A DNA stretch of 63,726 bases, the filler included, from Hausera hauseri (taxonomy: Eukaryota): assembly GCA_046269625.1 (NCBI GenBank). It is 13 parts of 13 records of this genome, joined end to end, with 100 filler letters (N's around TTAATTAATTAA, not from the genome) between each part and the next. Parts side by side here need not be neighbours in the genome. Positions count along the whole stretch, not along the records: positions 1 to 5,100 come from JBJURY010335381.1; positions 5,201 to 10,185 come from JBJURY010370371.1; positions 10,286 to 16,166 come from JBJURY010174972.1; 10 more parts are not named here. One strand, written 5' to 3'. A program made the translations under genes and the position numbers. Every line of letters starts with the position of its first letter. Positions within the stretch are counted from its first letter, which is position 1. The notes beneath the pieces were generated by a model. The model saw nothing but the letters and a program-made list of their open reading frames with translations. It was not told where the DNA came from and searched no databases. This document shows positions 1 through 10,764 of this stretch, piece after piece.

Positions 1-1271
1 TGTGATACACTGAAAGTCGTAGTTGTGTTGGAGATCATTATATAGCCAAATTCGATCTGCTGCATGTTTTTGATCCCCTACGAGTTCACATAAAATGGCA
101 TACATATAGCACTTGTTGTCATTATTATGGACATTGATGCAAGCATTTTTCTGCAAAATCCATTTCGAAAGCTGTATATATGAACAGCTTCGCATCGGGG
201 AGTATCTGTGTTCATATATAAGCAGTCTCTTGATGGCTGCCAGAGCCCATCCACTCTTCTTATCCCGGCTCTCATCGGCTTCACGGATCAGCTTCGTATG
301 TTCTTCATGTAGCCATTCAGCTATATTTGTGTTTTCCAATATGAGCCAATTTTTGGTCTTGAAGGCCCTATTTGATTCTTCAGCATCGACATTGACGCAT
401 GTGGCCTCAAGTTTCATATTAACCTTAAGGGCTTTGAGCTCAGTCATATTGTCCTGGAGGATCCCCTTTGTTTCTTCCTTTGCATATTCCAGGAAATCCT
501 TGATGGTTGTTTGCCCAGCTGCATCAATGACATATTTGCGGACTTTCTTCTTTAGTGCAGCAGCATCAACTGGCCGCTGTCTTTGGCTTTTTGGTGGAGC
601 CGCTACGCCTGTTGAGTCTGAGGCATCTGATGGACCCGATGGGCGTTATAATCCTGATTCTCTATGTACTGCTGTAGGCTGTATTGCAGGCTGTACTGCT
701 GCATCTGGCTGTACTGCGGACTGTGCAACTGGTCTATGCTCATTAAATATTATCTTCTTGGACTCTGATGCGAAGTCAGTCAAATGATGCTTGTGATCTT
801 CATATAACTGTATATATTTTCCTCCATCACATCCGGTCTCACATCCTGGGCAGATATAATAGAAGATTCTATTGAATTTGAGGCCATAATAGCACCTCAT
901 GGTATTGTGGCAATTCTCAGGGTTATGTATTGTACATGTGCAATACACATATGAACTGTAACTTTGGTTTTCCTTTGACACAAAAGACGCTATTGGCATA
1001 TTGATACTGAATATTTGTTTTTTCGACTTGGCGTAGGAAATCAATTGTTGTTTATTGACATTGTAAAATTCCTCGTACCCTGTCCTACATACTACCTCAC
1101 ATGTAGGGCATATGTAATATTGAACCCTGTTGAACATATGCCAAAGTATTTCATCATAATACTATGTCAAACATCCGGCTCATGGACTGGAGCCAAGTAC
1201 TCTCTGTAAAGTTTGCACATGTAAACAAAGCAATTATTTTGATGATGAGCACAAATAAGAATACTTACCAT
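1..1271 (-). pseudogene. Polinton/adintovirus protein-primed PolB, N-terminal part (two Cys/His domains, A/Q/P linker, terminal-protein region, start of vOTU); truncated by window start
   Basis: The frame of ORF 646..1137 continues past one TAA (646-648) and stays open to base 1. It reads ...LKALKVNMKLEATC...KKSGWAL...RSCSYIQLSKWILQKNACINVHNNDNKCYMYAIL, the group-2 Polinton pPolB N-terminal signature. Homologous to 7008..8241. Confidence 0.85.
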
Positions 1272-1399
1272 TTGTGGAAGTGAATTTTGGAAATAATGAA
1301 AAATATAGCTATGTCAAAGTGCACTGTCTAATTTTTAATAGTTGATGCAGTAAAACAAAACATGTAATGAATTAATTTTAATGGTGGGGTAAATTTGGC

Positions 1400-3139
1400 A
1401 CTGCATGGGTTTGTTTTAATGCATCAAATGATTTAAATATGTGGCGGCGCCATATTCGAAAAGGTTTTCATATATTCGGAATCGACTAAAGCCATCAAAT
1501 TCTTCGAAAAATGCATGCTTAACCGAATATTCAAGTTCGAATCGATAATTCTTCAAGTTCGAATAATGTATTCGAATATCTGACATCGGATTCGGATTCT
1601 GGACATATGCTTTCCTATCCATGTGCGCTTAAATATTTCTTGATTTCAATGTTCTTCACCTTCAAATTCACCTCAATTCCTTAATCAACAGAACAATTTC
1701 TTAGCATTTAACATGTACTTTTACCATATTGGAAAAACCTTATTTTCATACAGCGCGGTGCACTGCGATCGCACTAATATTGATTGCCATACACGTTTTC
1801 GACCATGGGGAATTGATTTCCGTCATTAGGTTCTTCGAATAATGAATGCTTGACTGAGTTTTCTAGTTCGAATCGATAATTCTTTGAGTTCGAATAATGT
1901 ATTCGATCATCCAATATCATATTCCGATTCATTATATATTCTTTCCTATGCAGCCATGCTATTAGATTTCTCGATTTCCGCTTCACCGGGCTTCAAATGC
2001 ACATTTTGCTTATCTGCAAAAATTGATTTTATGCCTATATAGTACATTTTCATGGAATAATTCTAATGTACGTAGGGGTTGTCGAATACGAGAAATCGAT
2101 TCCCGCTGTTAGATTTTTCGAATAGTTCGATATTCGATATTCGAGCTAGAAAATCTTTGATTTTCGATTTTTTGACTCGAGATTCGAGATCGCCACAGCC
2201 GATTTCCTGTCTGTTCTCGCTCAATGTTATACCGAATTTTGCTTCCTTACAGCATAAAAACATATGCTTATTCGCCCAACTTTGCACTTTGGATCGATAT
2301 CAATCGATAACTAATCGATAAATTTAAATTCTAACTGCACGTTCATATACTACACCAATTTTCCAATCGAATGCACCCGGCCACGTGTCATAATCATCAA
2401 TATTGGAAATATCGGAAATTCGATATTATTGATTTTTTCACACTTGCACACATGTTTTTGAACTGCACACCACATATCAAGGTGCATCCCGATGTGCTCT
2501 ATCCACTAGCACTTGACCCCAATCAATTCCGTCACTCCTACGCTGCACAAATGCAAAAATTTGCTACAAAGTGCCCTGGCAACCTTATCCAAGAGCACAC
2601 CTCACTCGAATATTGCACTGAACGATAGTACATAAAGTACTGCACCTGCCAGTATGTGTCATATTGATATTATTCATTTAAAATTTATAGCGGAAAGGCC
2701 TGTGGCTGTTCGGTCCCAATTGCGAATTATTCGAAAACGATTCCACCGATTTAAATTCTAACTGCACATTCACATAGCGCATCATGTGTGCTATCGATTT
2801 CACCCGGTGCCGAGTGCTAATCATCAATATTGGGATTATCGGAAATTCGATATTATTGATTTTTGCACAGTTGCACATGTGCTGCACACCTGCCCTCTTC
2901 ACCAATCGATGCGCACTGATGTGCACAGTCGATTAGCGCTTTGTCCCGATCGATTCGATCATTACTGCACTGTTCAGCGATCGATTTGTGAAATGTGCAA
3001 AAGTGTGCCTAGCAACGGTGCCTATCGGTACCGTCGCCTAGCACTCTATCGGTCGATAGTGCTTCGTGTACACTATCGATTGCCACATGTGCAGTATCGA
3101 TTCCTGTGGGTGGGACCGAACTGCCATTTTTCACCTACT
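1400..3139. repeat. Polinton terminal/subterminal non-coding region with internal direct repeats; terminus at 3139
   Basis: Ends ...CCATTTTTCACCTACT (5'-AGTAGGTGAAAAATGG on minus). Homologous to 8330..9734 and 27240..27578, and homology stops at the same base. Internal repeats have periods of about 331 bp (gttcgaatcgataattc near 1535/1866) and about 428 bp (tttaaattctaactgcac near 2322/2750). Confidence 0.8.
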
Positions 3140-3248
3140 GTTATATAAAAGAGGAAACGTACTCTCCATTTGACATACTTTCGGAAAAAACTTAAATAAT
3201 CATAGCACTAATTGCCAAACAATAGAATCAGTAAGAGATTACCCCTAC

Positions 3249-4259
3249 TTGACTATCACTAAAGTAGTCAAAATACTTCGTGATATTAATAAACTTCGCA
3301 AAAACTGGCATGCGTTATCAACTGAAGAATATAAACTATATACAGTAGCCAACCGTTTAGCCCAATTATCGCTGGATAATAAAAATCCTGTAGCGATGCA
3401 CGAGCAAGCTCCGGACAAACGGATAATGATTAACAACCTCAGACAAACCTATATAATGCAGCTAGAATGGAAAAAGAAAATGAGACAATTTAATTTGGCC
3501 GCAAAAAATGCATCAATAATGTATCAGGATGAAATACGACCTCGCCAAATGAACAATTTGGACGTTTATCAAAGCATTCAATACGCAAATTACCTATGGG
3601 AAACACCCGACCATATAAAAAAGAAACTTATATCCTTTTATCTCAACATGTACAAGAAATATTTTGAGAAATACTTCAAAGAATCAAAATATAATCCTAG
3701 TACTCACTCCATGAAGCATAATTTACTACTAATCACCAGTTTTCAATGCAAACTTTCCAAGGAAGCACTACATGAAGGTAGATACTTTAGAAAACGATAC
3801 GAAAACGAAAGTATAAATTATAGCTCAGGACTGAGAATATTTGATGAAATTACAAATGTATCAGGCCTAAAGCCTTCATGGTATAATCCTATGTATCAAC
3901 TAGCCAAAGCTTGGAACTATAGGTGTGGAATACAATCTATCCATTTCGAAAATCAGAAACATAAATTAATAATTATGCATGAGCTACAACTGTCAACTAT
4001 ACCACAATTGTTTGAAAAGATACGATCAGTTGACTTACTGAACGTAAGACATGATTTTATTGACAGCGAAACACTTGTAATCGGATCCGCCATGGATTAC
4101 GAACCTTTATTTATAAGAAGTAAAGCTGAACGGAACTTCTTAACAAGATTTCTTCGAGGAGATAGAGCTCCCTTATCCGTTAGCCATATTAAAAGGGAAA
4201 TTGAGGACGAACTACCGGATATAAATGATTATGTCGCCATCATGAAATGTACAGTGTAA
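3249..4259 (+). CDS. Uncharacterised 336-aa basic protein, intronless, A-rich
   Basis: Long uninterrupted ORF in AT-rich DNA; no recognisable motif. Confidence 0.5.
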   Translation: MTITKVVKILRDINKLRKNWHALSTEEYKLYTVANRLAQLSLDNKNPVAMHEQAPDKRIMINNLRQTYIMQLEWKKKMRQFNLAAKNASIMYQDEIRPRQMNNLDVYQSIQYANYLWETPDHIKKKLISFYLNMYKKYFEKYFKESKYNPSTHSMKHNLLLITSFQCKLSKEALHEGRYFRKRYENESINYSSGLRIFDEITNVSGLKPSWYNPMYQLAKAWNYRCGIQSIHFENQKHKLIIMHELQLSTIPQLFEKIRSVDLLNVRHDFIDSETLVIGSAMDYEPLFIRSKAERNFLTRFLRGDRAPLSVSHIKREIEDELPDINDYVAIMKCTV

Positions 4260-5100
4260 TTAACTATCACCTGACCCTGTATGAATGGTTTGGATTAGAA
4301 CTGAGACAACAATGTAAAGGTGACATATATGCACCATGTATCATATCCTATTCAATAATGGAATTAAAAGATAAGCTCGACGATGAAGCGTTACAAACAA
4401 TCGAAGAAAAGAAAATCAGAATCCTATGTAACCAATATTTGAGGCGAAACTTAAATCGAGAACTTATAAAACAGGATTACCAAGATATATATTCATTTTG
4501 TAATGCAAACGCAGGAGGACTATCTGGTCGAGTAAATGCTATCCGGTACCGCCTAATATTCTGCTCATTACTTTTACCAAACGAGAAGGCAGAAAACTGC
4601 AAATCAGAGAGCGAAAGAATAATATTACAAAGAAGGTTAAATGGGCGAGATAGAATTAACGATTGGATAAAATTCGTGACCAAACCTTTCACTCTATCAG
4701 AATCAGTGCTTATACCATCATTTCTAATCAAGAAAGCTAACGCAGAAATGACTACCAGCATTACAGTGCCAGCTAACAAGCCAATATTCTCACTAATATC
4801 CATACTAGAACAGACTATTTCTGCAGTAATATTGACACTTCTAGTTAGTCTGATAACAGGAGCAATAATATTCTTCAAAAAGAAAGTTATTATACATAAG
4901 CGATTTAATTCCACTAGACGGGATATATTGCCAACAACTAGTGGATTTATGATTGGAAGCAGCCTGATACCCATAATCAAAGCCAGTATATGTAACAAAG
5001 AGGCATATGCCTACAATCGAACGATGGATGTAATATCGCTTATGTTGCTAATATTGTTGGCATTTTTTATCAATATCTCCTGCACTGTCATGAAATTCGA
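4247..5100 (+). CDS. Uncharacterised putative membrane protein (two or more hydrophobic segments), truncated by contig end
   Basis: Open for more than 280 codons; TM-like ISAVILTLLVSLITGAIIFFKKK and VISLMLLILLAFFINISC. Confidence 0.45.
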
Positions 5101-5200
5101 NNNNNNNNNNNNNNNNNNNNNNNNNNNNNNNNNNNNNNNNNNNNTTAATTAATTAANNNNNNNNNNNNNNNNNNNNNNNNNNNNNNNNNNNNNNNNNNNN
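5101..5200. other. Artificial contig spacer (N run, TTAATTAATTAA, N run); also at 10186, 16167, 22013, 27140, 31268, 35548, 40033, 44415, 48840, 54155, 59335
   Basis: Twelve identical 100-bp N blocks, each with a six-frame stop linker. Confidence 0.99.
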
Positions 5201-8200
5201 TTGGATATTGATATAGTAGACTACAGACTTCTTCCTTTTTTCAAGATGGCAGAGCAGCTTCTTATGCTTAACATTTGGTGGCCTCTTGCTCTCGGGCAGA
5301 AAAGGCAGCCGCCCATGCCTTGTGTGCATGCTATGTGGGTATTCCACATCCATCTCCAGTATGTAGCCCGTATCTTCAGTGGGATCTAGGTCCAATATTG
5401 GGATGTCTTCAGGATTATCGACCCATTTGAAGTTATTATAGGGCAATGGGTTGCTCAATGCCCATCCATACAAGTTATTGGCATCCAGATATGATATATA
5501 TGAAAATTCCTTTGATGTATCATATTCTGCCATGTATCTTTGTTGGCCTCACTGTACCTGTGAATGGCCTGGCATATTCCACCCCTAATGGCGCTTTCAA
5601 CCATGAGGACAATATTGTAATCCTTCAATATATGGAGCCTTATGCCGGTATAGTCAGTATCGCCGCCCAGCTCATTCCTGGAGCTGTAAAGAAATGGGCT
5701 GAATCCAAAGAATGGCTCTTCACTGTGACATCCCGGAAGCTTTCGAAGACATCTGTAAGCAGCAGCACATCTGTGAGGTGATAGATATCACTGTATTCCC
5801 CTATTGTCCTGCACTGGAAGGTCCGCCATACTCTTTGGGCACGCTCATAGTCAGCATCGCTAATATGACTGGATGACAAATGACTATAAAAGTCCTTCTT
5901 CTCATGTAATGCTTTTTCATCCAGTGTTTCCATAAAGTTATATAGTCATAGGGGAACACGCCTTTCCTCTTGACGAGGTCAAATGCAGTGGGGAAGAACC
6001 GCTTCATCTCCTTGAGTTTTTCTGCAGGGAAGTTCTTCACTAATCTATCCAGTGAGGAGCTCATGAAGCGGAAGCTGTCTATAAATCGAAGTCTAATGCG
6101 GTCCACATGCTTAGTGAAGGTGATATATTTTTCCTCACTGTTTGGAATGACATTAATGTTCCCCTCAATATTACCGAGTTCCCTAACAATAAAGTGTGAA
6201 TCATAACCATTGAGATTGTGGGACACTAAAGGCACATATGTGCATGTTTTGCAGCGTAAGTTGCAGTTGTTGCATGCTGCATCTCGATATTTGCCTGTAA
6301 AATGGCAATGATCCTTGACTTTATGATTTTCCCTGGTGAAGGACTTGTCGACAAGTAACATGTTGTTGCCTTACGCCATTTTTCAGCTTGTTTCCACGAC
6401 ATGCTCATTGTATCCTTATGCTGCTGAAGCATGTTTTCAAGCTTATGAGCCATGTTTTCTAATCTCTTCATAAAATGTTCTGTTGTGTCTGGCCCTCTGA
6501 ATAGAAATGGTTCACTGACCAGTCCTTTGGCATACATACAATATGATGAGAGTTCATGATATTAATATGCTGTTGTGCTACTATGCTAGAGATAAGGCTG
6601 TAGCTGTGAACTGTGCTGAGGATGGCCTCAAAATCACAATAGACGATAATCGGCACCTTCTGCATCTTCTCGAACTCCTTGAATTCCAGGTAATCCTCCT
6701 TTGGGAATTCTGCTCGGATGCAATAGTTTGTATGACAGTAGGTCGTGTGCTCCACCAGCTTTTCTGCAGCTGTCTCCCCATTAAAATGGGTAAAGCATCT
6801 CTTTCATATTTCTAGCAATGATTTATGCTTGGATATTTGGAATCCTACGAGGCGCTCAAAATTCTAGATCCAGAAGAAATGCATCGCTTTTCCATCATCT
6901 AGCACGAGTAGATCCCTATGATCCTCCAATTCCTTCTTGCACACATGTAATGGATAAAATTTGTCCTCCTCCAATCCGAAGATGTTGATTGATATGTTGT
7001 TCACGCTTTAAAATTTCATGACTACATCTAGGCTCGGCGGGAATGAAATACAGCTGAAGTCGTATGTGTGCTTCACTTTGTCATATATCCAAACTCGGGA
7101 AGCATGTTGTTGATCCTGGACTAGTTTTAATAAAATGGCATACATGAAACATATGTTGTCATTATTATGGACATTGACACATGCCTTTTTCTTAACTATC
7201 CATTCAGAAAGCGGTATGTAGGACCTGCCTCTCATGGGCGAATACTTATGCACATGCAGAAGTAACCCCCTTATTGTTGCTAAAGTCCAACCGCTCTTCT
7301 TGTCCTGCTTTTCTTCGGCTTCACGGATGAGCCTGGCATAGTCCTCTGTAATGAAATCCTTAATAAAGACTCTATTAGACAGCTGTCCTTTGATATTGGT
7401 GAAGGTGGCTTCCAATTTGAAGTTCACCTTAAGGGCCTTCAGCTCCAACAAGTTGCCCTAGAGAATTCCTGCTGCGTCCTCCCTTTAATATTCCAGGAAA
7501 TCATGAAGCGATGTTTGCCCACTGCTGCTATGTAGTATCGCCGCATTTTGCTCTTCAGTGCAGCTGCATCAACTGGCCGCTGTCTTTGGCTTTTTGATGA
7601 CCACCGCTGCTACTTCTGATAGGCGTTTTGGTCCTGCATCAGGCCTTGCTGCTAAAGCAGGTTGTACAACTGGCTGTGCTGCTAAAGCAGGCTGTGCTGC
7701 CAAAGCAGGATGCTGGTCATTAAATATGACCTTCTTTGGCTTTGAATTGAAGTAGGTCAAATGAACAATATGATCTTTGTAAAACTGCATGTATTCTCCA
7801 TTACTTAGAGCCTCACATCCAGAGCAAATATAATAGAGGACTCTATTGAATTTGTGGCCATAATAGATCCTCGTGGCATTGTGGCAATTTTGAGGGTTGT
7901 GTATTACACATGTGCAATGCACATATGAACTGCATATTTGATTTTCCTTTGGCATAAAAGTCGTTATTGGCATATTGGTACTGAATATTTGTTTTTTCGA
8001 CTTGGTGAAGGAAATCAAGTGCTGTTTATGGGCATTGTAAAAGTCTTCATAATTGATTTGGCACACTACCTCACATGTAGGGCATATATAATATTGAACC
8101 CTGTTGTACATATGGCCAGTGTACTTCTTCATAACATTGTGGCAATTTTCCGCTCGTGGATTTGAGCCAAAAATTCGCTGTGAAGTTTGCACATCTAAAA

Positions 8201-8241
8201 TCAACCAATTATTTGAAGAGCACAATTAAAAAACTCACCAT
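5201..8241 (-). pseudogene. Polinton group-2/adintovirus pPolB, frameshifted (Cys/His repeats, TP region, vOTU, exonuclease with EndoVII insert, palm motif A)
   Basis: Fragments: NVHNNDNICFMYAIL, IVYCDFEAIL (ExoI), VKDHCHFTGKYRDAACNNCNL (EndoVII-like), HNLNGYDSHFI (ExoII), LRFIDSFRFMSSSL, RKGVFPYDY, DVLLLTDVFESFR, YLDANNLYGWAL (motif A). Confidence 0.93.
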
Positions 8242-8329
8242 TCGTTGAAGTGATTTTGGAAATAATGAAAAATATAGTAATATCATTATGTACTACTTCG
8301 CTTATTGATTGGTTTTAATACACTTTTGT

Positions 8330-9734
8330 TTCAATGAATCATTTAAATTTATTACCTAGCAGCGCCAAATTTACATAGGTTTTCCTATATGGGGAATCGA
8401 ATGCCGTCATCTGATTCTTTGAATAATGCATGCTTGACCGAATATTCGAGCTCGAATAGCTAAATATTTTACTTGTGAGCTCGAATTAAAATACCTGGTG
8501 CCATATTTTGATTCGGTATACATGACTTCCTATCCCTCCCCGCTATTAGATTTATTGATTTCCGTTTCACTGGGTTTTAAATGCAGATTTGCTTAATTCG
8601 AAATATTGATGTTGTGCCGATATAGTACATTTTTATGGAATAATTTTTATGCAAATGTGGGTTTTCGAATATGAGGAACCGATTGCCGCTGTTAGATTTT
8701 TAGAATAGTTCGATATTCGAGTCAAAAAGTATTCAAATTCAAATATATGACTCGAGATTCGAGATCGCCATTGTCGATTTCATATCTGTCCAGCTAATTA
8801 TAATATTGAATTTAGCTTCCTTAGGACCTAAAAACATGCGGGTTCTCCCTCAGTTGCACTTTGGATCGATATTATTCGAAATCGGCTCGATAAATTTAAA
8901 TTCTAACTGCACATTCATATACTGCATCGTATTTCCAATCGATCCCACCCGGTTACATGTCATAATCATCAATATTGGAAATATCGGATATCCGATATTA
9001 TTGATTTTTCACACTTGCACATGTGCTTCGCACCCTCACAGTATATATCAAGGTGCATCTCGATGTGCTCTATCCACCTGCACTTGGCCCAGATCGATTC
9101 CATCAATCCTACGCTGCACAGTGACAAATATGTGAAAAGTGAAAAAGTGCCTTGACAACCGTATCCAAGAGCACACATGACTCGAGTATTTCACTGAACG
9201 ATAATACATCATGTACTCTACCCGCCAGTATATGTGCCATATTGATATTATTGATTTTTAATTTATACCGGAAAGGCCTGTGGGGAATGTCCCACTTGGC
9301 AATTATTCGAAAACCAATCAATATATTTAAATTCTAACTGCACATTGGCACAGTGCATCGTGTGTGCTTTCTATTGCACACGGTGCTGTGTGCAAATCAT
9401 CAATATTGGGAATATCGGAAATCCGATGTTATTGATTTTTGCACACTTGCACATGTGCAGCACACCTTCACTGTGCACCAATCGATGTGCACTGACGTGC
9501 ACTATCGATTAGAACTTTGCCCCGATCGATTCGATCAATACTGCACTCTGCAGCGATCAATTTGTGAAGTGTGCAAAATGTACTTAGCAACGGTGCCTAG
9601 GGGCACCGTCACCTAGCACACTACCGATCGCTAGTGCACAGTGTGCACTATAGATTAGCACATGTGCACTATCAATCTATCGACGCGCACATCCCCCCGA
9701 AGGGGTGGGACAAACTCTCCATTTTTCCCCTACT
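8330..9734. repeat. Polinton terminal region, second copy; terminus at 9734
   Basis: Homologous to 1400..3139; ends CCATTTTTCCCCTACT; about 431-bp internal duplication (near 8895/9326). Confidence 0.8.
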
Positions 9735-9974
9735 ATTGTTTCAATCTAAACTCAACAAAAGTCAAATTTAATTTTATTTCAATAAATTTATTTATAAATT
9801 GAATGCAATAGTGTAAAATACTTTCTCCGATAATTATCCTTCAACCATATACATTCATAATTATTGAATCGATAGATCTTTGTGTATAACAAGGAATACT
9901 CAAAATCTGCGAAAAATCCAATTGACTAAACGTTTTGTAGAACGTTCATTGTGATTTATTAAAAAATTGGCCAA

Positions 9975-10175
9975 AATTCACTTAATCAAGAGAGAATTTA
10001 AAATTAGAAGTCTGAAGCCAACAATTTTATCAACATTTGTCTAAAAATCTACCGAACGCTTTAGATAAATTTTAATACACACTTTATAAACAAACATGAT
10101 TTGGTGATCACTATTTACTAAATATTAAAAATATTCTAATTTCTAAATTTAAATTTTCTGTTGATTAAGTGAATT
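9975..10175. mobile_element. MITE-like element, about 200 bp, with about 35-bp imperfect TIRs
   Basis: AATTCACTTAATCAAGAGAGAATTTAAAATTAGAA ... TTCTAAATTTAAATTTTCTGTTGATTAAGTGAATT. Confidence 0.6.
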
Positions 10176-10764
10176 ACCACATCTANNNNNNNNNNNNNNN
10201 NNNNNNNNNNNNNNNNNNNNNNNNNNNNNTTAATTAATTAANNNNNNNNNNNNNNNNNNNNNNNNNNNNNNNNNNNNNNNNNNNNAGATCGAAATATTAG
10301 AACGTTCGAATCCAGCAACATTATTGTCCTCTAAAAGGCATTTATATATAATTTAATAATAATAATAATAAATTCATTAAAAGACACTTCCTGACGCGTG
10401 AAATGTACTATTGTGTATTAATACGTGGCTTTATTATACATACTGGCGTCCATCGCAGAATGTACATTAAGGCTGAGTAAGTTGCAGCAACTCACAAGTT
10501 GCCGTATAATTACATATAGTTTAAATATTGTGATCGAAAGACTTATACTTCCTTTAACCCTAAAACTTGACACATGTATAATGATTAACCTTATAATTAA
10601 CATTAATTCATGCTAACAAGTGAATTAGAACTCAATTCACAACAATCCAAGATGGACGAGAGATGTCTAAGGAATCAAAAGCTGTTAAAAGTCACGTTAT
10701 TGAAAAGTATATAATGCTTTGTCATACTCATGTGCAATGATTGAAAAAAGTCCAACATTTAAAG

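Noticed and set aside
113-787. 224-aa plus-strand ORF
   Set aside because: Antisense shadow of the pPolB frame; the same applies to many short ORFs opposite pol, YR and RT genes.
1416-3148. Short ORFs in the Polinton terminal repeats
   Set aside because: Frames are not conserved between the homologous copies; non-coding repeat DNA.
5101-5200. TTAATTAATTAA as a biological repeat, and ORFs or gene neighbourhoods spanning the gaps
   Set aside because: It is an artificial concatenation linker, so adjacency across gaps means nothing and the Polinton contigs cannot be assumed to be one element.
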